This document shows positions 10,891 through 20,627 of a stretch of DNA of 64,000 nt, one piece after another (the first letter of the stretch is position 1; every line of letters begins with the position of its first letter). Under the pieces are notes generated by a model, which had not been told where the DNA came from, ran no database searches, and saw only the letters and a list, made by a program, of their open reading frames with translations. The translations under genes were made by a program, and so were the position numbers. This DNA is from an uncultured Spirochaetota bacterium. GTDB lineage: Bacteria; Spirochaetota; UBA4802; UBA5550. The stretch covers positions 160,001-224,000 of the forward strand of contig CAWHAA010000006.1 in NCBI GenBank assembly GCA_963827275.1. Direction: 5' to 3'.

Positions 10891-11346
10891 ATGGGGAAGA
10901 GGAAAAAAATACTCATCATAAGCGGTCCAAATCTCAATCTCCTGGGGACGAGAGAGCCTGAAATATACGGGTCGAGGACGCTCGGCGATATGGAAGAGCA
11001 GGCGCGTGCCTATGCCCGCAGCCATGACATTGATATCGATTTTTTCCAGTCCAACGTAGAAGGCGATATCATCAATTATATCCACGGGAACCGCGCCGCT
11101 GACGGGATTGTGATAAACCCGGCGGCGTTCACTCATACCTCGATAGCGATCCGTGACGCGATAACAACGGTTGGCGTCCCCGCGGTCGAGGTACACCTTT
11201 CGAATATCCATGCACGCGAGGAGTTCCGGCGGGTATCGCTTACCGCCCCCGTGTGCGTCGGCCAGATATCCGGGTTCGGCATAGATTCATACGTGCTGGG
11301 CCTGGAAGCGATGGATCATTATCTTGCAGAGAAAAAACAGGGGTGA
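10891..11346 (+). CDS. aroQ: type II 3-dehydroquinate dehydratase
   Basis: GPNLNLLGTREPEIYG, INPAAFTHTSIAIRDA, EVHLSNIHAREEFR. Confidence 0.97.
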   Translation: MGKRKKILIISGPNLNLLGTREPEIYGSRTLGDMEEQARAYARSHDIDIDFFQSNVEGDIINYIHGNRAADGIVINPAAFTHTSIAIRDAITTVGVPAVEVHLSNIHAREEFRRVSLTAPVCVGQISGFGIDSYVLGLEAMDHYLAEKKQG

Positions 11347-11378
11347 TGGCATCACGGGGACGATGCCATGGCGGGCCA

Positions 11379-11792
11379 TCAGTGCCGCATGGAATTTTTT
11401 CCGTCCGATTCAATTTGATGCCGCTGTATGGCGGTAGAGATAATCGAATCGAGATCGCCCTGCTTAATGGGCTTGAGAAGATACCCGTAGTGCTTTAACT
11501 TGTCCGCCCGTTTGATCGTCGTCGTGTCAGCGTTTGCGGTGAGGAAGATGACCGGAACATCGAGCTGGCGTTCGATAAGCGCTGTGGCTTCTATCCCGTC
11601 CATGTCATTTGAGAGGAATATGTCCATTATGATGAGGTCGGGCTTGATCTGATGGACCCTTTCCACTGCTTCTTCGCCTGAAGAAATGGTTGCAGCCACG
11701 GTATATCCGACTTTTTCAAGCATCCGCTGGATATCAAGCGCGGTGATCAGCTCATCTTCAACAAGCATGATATGGTGCTTTACGGAATTCAC
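11379..11792 (-). CDS. single-domain response regulator
   Basis: LVEDE, PDLIIMDI (phospho-Asp), FLTA, YLLKP. Confidence 0.92.
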   Translation of the reverse strand: MNSVKHHIMLVEDELITALDIQRMLEKVGYTVAATISSGEEAVERVHQIKPDLIIMDIFLSNDMDGIEATALIERQLDVPVIFLTANADTTTIKRADKLKHYGYLLKPIKQGDLDSIISTAIQRHQIESDGKNSMRH

Positions 11793-12055
11793 AACATATA
11801 CCTTTTATTAATATACTGCCATACAATAAATTTTCAAATGATAATCGCTATATAAACTCTAAGAAAAAGAGTGATCGAATACTATTTCATATGGCCATAT
11901 CATTATACGCTGACTATTAAAAATAAACTATTTTTAACAGTTAAGCCGTTATTTCCCTGCCTTGGAGAATGTCATCGATAAAGTGAATTGTATGAAATAT
12001 ACAATAGCTGTATTATTAATCAAGCTTTTTTTACACTGAAAGCTTGTCCATCGTT

Positions 12056-13898
12056 CTATTCGACAGTGACGCTCTTTGCAAGGTTGCGCGGCTGGTCGAC
12101 ATCACATCCCCGCAACACGGCGATATGATACGCAAGGAGCTGCAGCGGTATTACTGTCAGCAGCGGTGAGAGGAGCTTCCGTACCTCCGGTATATAGATA
12201 ATATGGTCGCTGTAGCGTTTTATCTCTTCGTCGCCTTTTGTCGCTATGGCGATGATCCTGCCGCCCCGTGCTTTCACTTCCTCCATGTTGCTGATGATCT
12301 TGTCATAGGTGAAGTCTTTCGGCGCAATGAAACACAACGGGCATGCTCTCATCTATGAGGGCGATTGGACCGTGCTTCATCTCGGCGGCCGGGTATCCCT
12401 CGGCGTGGATGTATGATATCTCCTTGAGCTTCAGTGCGCCCTCGAGCGCCACGGGAAAGTTTACACCGCGCCCCAGGTAGAGAAAATTCTTGTTGTCCTT
12501 GTGGATTTCGGCGATATGCCGGATATCATCGTTGCACTTCAAGACCTCGCTGACCTTCAGGGGCATCTCGTGCAGGTGCTCTATGTAGATGCGCGACTCC
12601 TCCGCGTTCATGTCATGGCGGCGCGCCAGCATGAGGGCGATCATGATGAGTACGGTGACCTGCGAGGTGAATGCCTTGGTGGACGCGACGCCGATTTCGG
12701 GGCCGGCGTGTATGTATATCCCCCCGTCGCTTTCCCGGGCGATGGTGCTGCCGACCACGTTGGTTATTCCCAGGACCTTTATGCCTTTTGATTTCGCTTC
12801 ACGAAGCGCCGCAAGCGTGTCCGCTGTCTCGCCGGACTGGCTGATGACGATGACAAGGTCACCCTTCTTTAAAATCGGCTTGCGATAGCGGAACTCGGAG
12901 GCGTATTCGACTTCCACCGGTATGCGGGCGTACTCTTCGATGAGGTACTCGCCGATAAGCCCTGCGTGCCATGATGTCCCGCAGGCGATGAAGATGACCC
13001 TCCGGATGTCGTTCAGGTCCTCTTCGGTGAGCCGGAGACCGTCAAGCCTGATGGTGCCGCTGTCTCTCACGGCGCGCCCCCGGAAGGCATTGTGTATCGT
13101 CTCGGGCTGTTCGAATATCTCCTTCATCATGAAGTGGTCAAAGCCGCTTTTCTCGATCGACGCGATGTCCCAATCGATGTCTTCCACGATTTTGTCGATT
13201 TTTTTCAGGTCGAGGTCGTAGGTTTTGAAGCCGTCCTTGTTGACATCGACTATCTCGCCGTCTTCGAGGTATATGACCTTGCTGGTGTGCTCGATGATGG
13301 CGCTCGCGTCCGAGGCGATGATCATCTCGCCGTCACCGGCGCCGAGTATGAGAGGGCTCCCGTTGCGGGCCGCGATGATACGGCCCGGCTCGCTCCTTGA
13401 TATAATGCAGAGCCCGTAGGTGCCTTCCAGCTCCGCCACGGTCTTCATGACCGCGTTCAGAAGGTCGCGGCTCTTTTCATAATAATATTCGACAAGGTGC
13501 GCGATCATTTCCGTGTCGGTTTCGCTCCGGATATGATGCCCTTTTTCGATAAGCATTTTTTTCAGCGTTGCGTAGTTCTCGATAATTCCATTGTGCACCA
13601 CGGCGATTTCATCATGGCAATCCATGTGCGGATGGGCGTTGATGTCGGACGGGGCGCCGTGGGTGGCCCAGCGGGTATGTCCGATGCCTGCGTGATAGGT
13701 ATTGATGTCCTCATGGGTGACGCTCCTGAGGGACTTTTCGAGGACCGAGATTTTGCCGCTCTTTTTGTGGACGAACATGGTCTCGCCTGAGAGGGCAATG
13801 CCGGCGGAATCGTATCCCCGGTACTCAAGGCGCTTCAGCCCGCTCATGATGATGTCAACAGCATTTTTATGGCCCGCATAACCGACAATGCCGCACAT
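12056..13898 (-). CDS. glmS: glutamine--fructose-6-phosphate aminotransferase, frameshifted near 12331
   Basis: MCGIVG start, GHTRWATHG, SQSGET; C-terminus DQPRNLAKSVTVE lies in another frame; GTG TTT C ATT has one extra T relative to GTG TTC ATT. Confidence 0.95.
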
Positions 13899-14176
13899 AG
13901 GTACGAACCTCCGGAGATCAAGGGGAATTGGCACAACAATTGTCAGCGCCGGTATAAAGTCAAGTGCTAATCGTATTTTAGATTACGTGCATGTTAACTT
14001 ATACCTGCTCGATGCGTGGCAAATAATTATTATAATCCCCCTATGGACCGATAATATAAACGGATAAAACCAAGAGCATATCCGGAATTATAGTGCTCCA
14101 TTATGACATTTTTTTGCATGAAAAAAGCCAATTTTGACTATATTGATTATACAAAATCTGATAGTGTGCCTCTGAT

Positions 14177-17062
14177 ATGAATTCAACTGGAGCAAATCCA
14201 CGCCGGAGACTCATCCTGGAGCGGCTTACCCCGACCGGTCCCTCGCGGAAAGGCATGTACGTCTCGGACGGTGCGGCCATAAATCTGAAACAGGACGGCA
14301 TAGCGGCCGTCTTCATAATTTCGTCTGAAATTGCCGACCTCGACGCATACCTGGAGCTTTTAAATCATTACCGGAAAGAAGGCTTCCGCGTCAGGAACAT
14401 ACACCTTGATAATATTGAAGATACCGCCATCCCGGCGGTGAAGGACATCGTGGAGGAGATCAGCGCGGCCTTTGACAGGGAAAGCTGCCTCATACTGTCG
14501 TACGGCAGGAGCCTTGCGCCGATGGTTGTCGCCTGTTACCATGTCTATTCCGGCGCGTCCCCCTCCAGGGCGATCAGCCGCCTCAGGAAAATTGACGAGG
14601 CGCATATCAGGAACACGGATGAGATCGCGTTCATCTACAAATTCAAGCGCTTCCTTGATACCGTGCAGGGCGTGAACGAGGATGATTATATATTGCAGCC
14701 CATAATCGTTGGTGATTATCCCGGCGCCGCAGCTCCTGCTCCGCCAGGCAAACCGGGGATAATCATTTCACGTCCCGCGCGGGATGACGCCATGAAGGCG
14801 GCCCCGCCGTCAACGGAACGCGGGCAGGGCGCGGGACAGGCCGAGGCAGATGACAAAAAAGCCTCACCGATGCAGGCAGACTCCCGGCCGGCGGGCCTCC
14901 CGGCAGCCGATGAGGTTTCTGCGGCGCCGCTTGTGAACCGGAGCGGACTTCCCTTGCATCATATGTCTCCCGCCGCAGGTATGAGGATCGACCTCGATCT
15001 CCTTGAAGACGAATTCATGAAATCGTCCGGCACGGCGGCGGGGCCGGTTGAGACAGAGGCGGTCCCGGAAAATCAAAGCGTGCCGCGTGAAGACATTCCG
15101 CCATTGCCGCCGGCCGGGAAGCAACATCCTGCGAAACCGGTGCGCGTCAATGAACAGGTGAACGATAAAAAACCGGCGCATGCCGCCCTCCCGGTCTTTT
15201 TGCGGCCGAAGCTCGGCGTCTACTCAATACGGTTCAAGCTTGTCTCGATAATATCGGCGGTGATCGTTATCGCCCTCAGCGGGATGATTTTCCTCGCGAC
15301 CTACTTCTTCAAGCAGGACAATGAGCTCCGCGCCTGGGAAAGCAACCAGAAGTTTGCCGAGGTCACCTCGATGAAGGTGAAGTCGGATTTTCTCGCCATC
15401 ATCGAGCGGGCGCGGATCATCCCCGGCATAATCGGGAAGATATCCGCGGATGAGCGGGCGGCCCTGTGGGAAAATGACGAGGACTTTCTCTTTATCGGCA
15501 TCGCCGCGCAGACCGGGGCCGCCGGCAGGCCCCGGTTCGTAACCACCCTCTACAATCAGTCACTCATGGGCAAGAGCGGCGTCACCGCGGCCGATATCAT
15601 GAAGTCAAATGACCTGTTCGGCAACGTATTCTCCTCATCGTTCAATGGCGAGATCGCGGTGCACAACGTGTCGCAGGGGTTCAGGATGCCGGTCACGGGC
15701 TTCAGCCTCCCGCTCTCCCGGGACGCCCGCGGCGTGTCTGACCGGATCCTGGTCTGCTATATCCGCCTCGACCGCCTCCTCAAGGCGTTCAGGACCTCAG
15801 GGATCATCAATGTCTTCATGGTGAATGACAGGGGCGACATCATTGCCCATCCCGACGGCTCGATGATCATATCGGGCGGGAATTACATCAACCTGCCAAT
15901 TGTCAGGTTCATGATGAAGAGCCCCCTTGACAACGGCCAGCTGCGGTACGAAGACGATAAAGGCGTCGCGATGCTCGGATCATTCAAAAAGACCGGCATC
16001 GGCGGCTGCGGCGTCATCGCGACAGTGGATGAGTCGCGCGCGTACGAGCAGGTATACCGGATCCAGCGCTGGAATTTATACCTGCTCGTCATCGTCCTTA
16101 CGATCTCGATACTTGTCATATACGTGTTCGGCACCACGATCGCCACGCCGATCAAGCGCCTTGTCTCGGCGACGATGAAAATAAAGGAAGGGCATTACGG
16201 CGTTGATATAGTTCCGACCACCAGGGACGAAATCGGCCTCCTGACCGGGTCCTTCATCGAGATGAGCCAGGGCCTTGAAGAACGCGAGAAGATGAAAGAG
16301 GCCTTCGGCAAGTTCGTGAACAAGGACATCGCCGAGCGCGTGCTCCGGGGAGAGATCGCCCTTGGCGGCGAGCGGAAGGAAGTGGCGATATTCTTTTCTG
16401 ACATACGAAATTTTACGGCGATGTCTGAAAAACTCCAGCCGGAGGAGGTCGTCGAGTTTCTCAATGACTACATGACGCGCATGGTGAATTGCGTCAATGA
16501 GACCGGCGGGGTCGTTGACAAGTATATCGGCGATGCGATCATGGCGGTCTGGGGCGCGCCGGTATCCACCGGCAATGACACGGGAAACGCCATCAACGCA
16601 TCCCTGGCGATGCGCGGCGAGCTAATTAAATTCAACCAGGGACGCGGGGGAGACAAGAAGCCCATTATCAAGATCGGGTGCGGCATAAACACCGGACCGG
16701 TGCTTGCCGGCCAGATCGGCTCGGAAGAGCGGATGGAGTACACCGTCATCGGGGACCCGGTCAACCTCGCTTCGCGCATAGAAACCCTGAACAAGCCGTT
16801 CGGGACGGATATACTCATCTCGGAGGATTCATTCCAGCTCGTGAAGGGCCTCTACCGCGCAGTCCCCATGCAAAAGATCACCGTGAAGGGAAAGAAGGCC
16901 CCGCAGCAGATTTATGCCGTCCTCGGGAGGCTCGACGACCCGTCAGCGCCGCAAACAATAGAAGAATTGCGGATAATCCTGGGGACGAAGGAGCAGCCGT
17001 TCCGCCGCAGGCGTGACGATCAGCTCGAGGAAGAAGTTAAGTATGAAATTCACGAGGGGTGA
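14177..17062 (+). CDS. class III adenylate cyclase with Cache/HAMP domains and an N-terminal phosphatase-like domain
   Basis: Two TM helices flanking a Cache-like region (GDIIAHPD); HAMP (PIKRL..DEIGLL); FSDIRNFT, KYIGDAIM, YTVIGDPVNLASRIE. Confidence 0.9.
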   Translation: MNSTGANPRRRLILERLTPTGPSRKGMYVSDGAAINLKQDGIAAVFIISSEIADLDAYLELLNHYRKEGFRVRNIHLDNIEDTAIPAVKDIVEEISAAFDRESCLILSYGRSLAPMVVACYHVYSGASPSRAISRLRKIDEAHIRNTDEIAFIYKFKRFLDTVQGVNEDDYILQPIIVGDYPGAAAPAPPGKPGIIISRPARDDAMKAAPPSTERGQGAGQAEADDKKASPMQADSRPAGLPAADEVSAAPLVNRSGLPLHHMSPAAGMRIDLDLLEDEFMKSSGTAAGPVETEAVPENQSVPREDIPPLPPAGKQHPAKPVRVNEQVNDKKPAHAALPVFLRPKLGVYSIRFKLVSIISAVIVIALSGMIFLATYFFKQDNELRAWESNQKFAEVTSMKVKSDFLAIIERARIIPGIIGKISADERAALWENDEDFLFIGIAAQTGAAGRPRFVTTLYNQSLMGKSGVTAADIMKSNDLFGNVFSSSFNGEIAVHNVSQGFRMPVTGFSLPLSRDARGVSDRILVCYIRLDRLLKAFRTSGIINVFMVNDRGDIIAHPDGSMIISGGNYINLPIVRFMMKSPLDNGQLRYEDDKGVAMLGSFKKTGIGGCGVIATVDESRAYEQVYRIQRWNLYLLVIVLTISILVIYVFGTTIATPIKRLVSATMKIKEGHYGVDIVPTTRDEIGLLTGSFIEMSQGLEEREKMKEAFGKFVNKDIAERVLRGEIALGGERKEVAIFFSDIRNFTAMSEKLQPEEVVEFLNDYMTRMVNCVNETGGVVDKYIGDAIMAVWGAPVSTGNDTGNAINASLAMRGELIKFNQGRGGDKKPIIKIGCGINTGPVLAGQIGSEERMEYTVIGDPVNLASRIETLNKPFGTDILISEDSFQLVKGLYRAVPMQKITVKGKKAPQQIYAVLGRLDDPSAPQTIEELRIILGTKEQPFRRRRDDQLEEEVKYEIHEG

Positions 17063-19193
17063 TTATACTGTCTTCAGCGGCGGGGCGGTAATCATCATCG
17101 TATTTTCACTGCTCTTTTATTTCGATTTTACCAGCCGTTCGGCCAGGGGCCAGGAGCGCTCCGTCGGTTCGATCATCTTCAAAAAACAGGTCGCCCAGAG
17201 GAAATACGCGTCGCAGGTCATCTGGGAGGACGTCGAAAAAAGAATGCCGGTCTACAACAACGACTCAATCAGGACGTCCGTCCAGTCCGAGGCCGTGATA
17301 CGGCTTAATGATGGCACGGAAATTACTCTTAATGAGAACAGCATGATACTCCTCTCGATGGCGGAGGATGCGATTGACATCCAGTTCAAGGGCGGCTCAA
17401 TATCCACAAAGCGGGACGAAGCAAAAAAGGGGGAACTCGGCGCGCTGAATATACGCTCCGGCGAATCGACCGTGTCCCTTGAGAATACTGACCTGCAGGT
17501 GGCCTCGGGCAAGGAGAAAGAGCTCAGCGTCACTGTCAGCCGGGGCAGCGCCAGGGTGAGCGCCGGCGGTGCCATGCAGGATGTCAGGCAGAGCCAGAAA
17601 GCCCTCATAACGGGCGGCGGCAAAGAGATCAGGATGGAGAACGTTGCCCTGATCCCGCTGTCGCCGAAGCCTGACAGCATATTCATTACTCCCGAGCAAG
17701 ACACCGTGGTGCGGTTTTCATGGGGGCCCCTGGAAGCGGGGGTCGGCGGCGTACTCGAGGTGTCGGCCGGGACCACCTTTGCCGCCCTTGCAGCCCTCAA
17801 GAAGCTCGAAGGCCAGGGCACCGCTATTTCACTCAAACCCGGCACCTATTACTGGCGCATGAAGGCGCGGGGCGGCGCTGACCGGAAACCGGTAACGGGT
17901 GACATGCGGAAATTCACGATACTCAGGGAGGCGCCGGCGTACCAGGTCTTCCCGGCTGAGGGCCAGGAGTTCCAGCATCTCGGGAGGAACCCGACAATCA
18001 ATTTCAAATGGAATGGAAGCGAGAGCGTCCAGATATATCGGCTTGACATCGCCTCTGATCCCTCCATGGAGAAGGTCATTGCTTCATATGACACCCAGGG
18101 ATCAAGCATCGCTGTTGATGCGCTCGGGGCCGGGACTTTTTACTGGCAGGTGACCTCGATAATCAGCGCGGGCGGTGAAACATTCCGCATAAAAGGGAAG
18201 GTGCGTTCCCTCGCAGTGGCAAAAACGATGAAGGTGACGCCGCCCCGTCCTGTTTTTCCGCAGAACGGGGAGATCATGAACGCTGCTATTATTAAGGGGC
18301 GTGGCATGGTATTTTCCTGGGACAAGATGGAAGACCTGCAATCGTTCCGGATCTCCGTTTCCCGATCAGCCGATTTTCGGAATATCGTGTTTGACGGCGC
18401 AAGTACAACGAATTTTATAAATTTCCGCGGCACAATGGAGCAGGGCACTTATTACTGGCGCGTTATGGGTATCCTTGCGGGCAACAGGCGCTCCGATCCA
18501 TCCGAGACAATGAGATTCACCGTGACCGAAGGAAAAAATATCAGGCTCGTGGCGCCTGAAAACAAAGAGCTGCTCGCTCCCGAGCCGGGGACGAGCATAC
18601 GGTTTGCCTGGGAACAGGCGGACCTGTACGGCGAATACCAGCTGCAGATTGCCCCTGACAGGCTCTTCGGCACGTTAAAAAAAGAAGCAAGGGTGAACGA
18701 GCCATACGCGTATATTGCGGGGCTCACACCCGGGACATACCACTGGCGCGTTGTCATGAAAAACGCCGACGGGCAGATTGTTCTGAAGAGCGAACCGGGC
18801 TCGTTTATCGTCCAGGACATCATTGCCGAGCCGGTGATACTCTCCCCGAGGAACGGGACGGTATTCGATTTTAAAAATATCAATGAGCTCGATCTTTCAT
18901 GGAAGAGGCTCAAGGACGCGAACCTGTATAGAATCAAGTTTTACAGGATGGAAAACAACAGGGCGGTGTTTATCGCCGAGCGTGAGATCGGGAATGCTCC
19001 CCTTGAAATTGACGACATCAATTTTCTCGGTGAAGGGAAGATACTCTGGTCTATACAGGCATTTGAAACCAGGGAAAAAGGGAAAAAGATAGTGCGAAAA
19101 AGCAGGATCTCCCGCGCATATTTCGAGGTCAGGATACCCAAAGAGGCGAAAAAGATAAAGTTTCTCACGCCGAAAGTACTGTATACCGAGTAA
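17043..19193 (+). CDS. FecR-domain protein with C-terminal Ig/FN3-like repeats
   Basis: N-terminal TM; NDSIRT..SEAVIRLNDGTEITLNENS FecR motif; repeated GTYYWRV modules. Confidence 0.82.
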   Translation: MKFTRGDYTVFSGGAVIIIVFSLLFYFDFTSRSARGQERSVGSIIFKKQVAQRKYASQVIWEDVEKRMPVYNNDSIRTSVQSEAVIRLNDGTEITLNENSMILLSMAEDAIDIQFKGGSISTKRDEAKKGELGALNIRSGESTVSLENTDLQVASGKEKELSVTVSRGSARVSAGGAMQDVRQSQKALITGGGKEIRMENVALIPLSPKPDSIFITPEQDTVVRFSWGPLEAGVGGVLEVSAGTTFAALAALKKLEGQGTAISLKPGTYYWRMKARGGADRKPVTGDMRKFTILREAPAYQVFPAEGQEFQHLGRNPTINFKWNGSESVQIYRLDIASDPSMEKVIASYDTQGSSIAVDALGAGTFYWQVTSIISAGGETFRIKGKVRSLAVAKTMKVTPPRPVFPQNGEIMNAAIIKGRGMVFSWDKMEDLQSFRISVSRSADFRNIVFDGASTTNFINFRGTMEQGTYYWRVMGILAGNRRSDPSETMRFTVTEGKNIRLVAPENKELLAPEPGTSIRFAWEQADLYGEYQLQIAPDRLFGTLKKEARVNEPYAYIAGLTPGTYHWRVVMKNADGQIVLKSEPGSFIVQDIIAEPVILSPRNGTVFDFKNINELDLSWKRLKDANLYRIKFYRMENNRAVFIAEREIGNAPLEIDDINFLGEGKILWSIQAFETREKGKKIVRKSRISRAYFEVRIPKEAKKIKFLTPKVLYTE

Positions 19194-19307
19194 GGCTTCC
19201 GGTGGGCCCGGGACGGCCCACGGGAATGGATAATACTTTTTTTTATTGTAAAAAATAGCTATACTGCTGAATATTGTCAGCACACATAACTATAACGGAT
19301 TGGCAAC

Positions 19308-19691
19308 ATGATGAAGATTGATTTTGACAAGCAGGGCGGCCTTGTACCCGTGATCGCCCAGGAGTACGAAACCGGCGAAGTCCTCATGCTGGCGTTCATG
19401 AACCGCGAGGCGTGGGACCTCACCCTTAAAACAGGCATCGTGCATTACTGGAGCCGTTCACGGAACAAGCTCTGGAAAAAAGGCGAGTCGTCTGGAAACG
19501 TGCAGGAAGTAAAAGAGATACGCGTCGACTGCGATAACGATACCATCCTTGTAAAGGTTGAACAGATAGGCAGGGCCGCCTGCCATGACGGTTACCGGAG
19601 CTGCTTTTACCGCGTCGTCCGTGACGGGGAATTCGTTATCGACGGGGAGAAAGTTTTCAATCCCGATGAAGTGTATGGAGAAAAAAAATGA
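19308..19691 (+). CDS. hisI: phosphoribosyl-AMP cyclohydrolase
   Basis: [31 protein letters not shown]. Confidence 0.96.
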   Translation: MMKIDFDKQGGLVPVIAQEYETGEVLMLAFMNREAWDLTLKTGIVHYWSRSRNKLWKKGESSGNVQEVKEIRVDCDNDTILVKVEQIGRAACHDGYRSCFYRVVRDGEFVIDGEKVFNPDEVYGEKK

Positions 19692-20578
19692 CGAGACAGA
19701 TAAAGCTGGGTATCCCGAAGGGGAGCCTTGAAAACGCGACCATCGACCTCTTCCAGAAGGCCGGCTGGAAGATCACCGTTTCATCGCGGAATTATTTCCC
19801 GGTGATCGATGATCCTGAAATCGTCTGTTCGCTCGTCCGCGCGCAGGAAATGGCGAGATATATTGAAAGCGGGGTGCTGGACCTCGGCCTTACCGGGCTG
19901 GACTGGATCCTCGAGAACGAAGCGGACGTGGAAATGATTTCCGACCTGGTCTATTCAAAAGTGAGCACGAAAAAGGCGAAATGGGTGCTTGCCGTTCCGG
20001 AGGAGTCCCCGATCAAGAGCGTCAGGGATTGCGCCGGCAAAACGATATCCACCGAGCTGGTGAACTTCACAAAAAATTACTTCAAAAAGCTCGGGGTCCC
20101 CGTGCAGGTCGAATTTTCATGGGGAGCAACGGAGGCGAAGGTCGTTGAAGGGCTTGTTGATGCGATCGTGGAGGTAACGGAGACAGGTTCCACGATACGG
20201 GCGCATGGCTTGAAGATCATTGAAACACTGCTTGAAACCAATACGAAGCTGGTTGCAAACCGGAAAAGCTATCAGGACGAATGGAAAAAGAAGAAAATTC
20301 TGCAGATGGCGCAGCTTCTCCGGGGAGCGCTGAACGCCGAAAAGCTGATCGGTCTCAAGATGAACGTGCCGAAAGAACGCATGGAACAGGTGGTGGGCAT
20401 ACTCCCGAGCCTCACATCGCCGACAATCGCACAGCTCTATAAATCCGAATGGCTTTCGGTGGAGACGGTTATAGAGGAATCGGTGGCACGCGAAGTAATT
20501 CCGCGCCTCATAGAGGCGGGCGCTGACGGGATCATCGAGTATCCCCTGAACAAGGTGGTCAATAAAAATGATGTGTAG
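19688..20578 (+). CDS. hisG: ATP phosphoribosyltransferase, long form
   Basis: [33 protein letters not shown]-terminal regulatory domain. Confidence 0.96.
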   Translation: MTRQIKLGIPKGSLENATIDLFQKAGWKITVSSRNYFPVIDDPEIVCSLVRAQEMARYIESGVLDLGLTGLDWILENEADVEMISDLVYSKVSTKKAKWVLAVPEESPIKSVRDCAGKTISTELVNFTKNYFKKLGVPVQVEFSWGATEAKVVEGLVDAIVEVTETGSTIRAHGLKIIETLLETNTKLVANRKSYQDEWKKKKILQMAQLLRGALNAEKLIGLKMNVPKERMEQVVGILPSLTSPTIAQLYKSEWLSVETVIEESVAREVIPRLIEAGADGIIEYPLNKVVNKNDV

Positions 20579-20627
20579 CCGGATGAATTGTTGTTGATAT
20601 TAATGGCCTGTTTGTTATCATCATGGC

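Noticed and set aside
11793..12055. AT-rich gap suggesting foreign DNA
   Set aside because: Intergenic regions throughout the window are AT-rich; no repeats, integrase or transposase
13899..14100. Possible glmS ribozyme
   Set aside because: A promoter-like TTGACT lies only about 65 nt upstream of the start, and no ribozyme core consensus is seen
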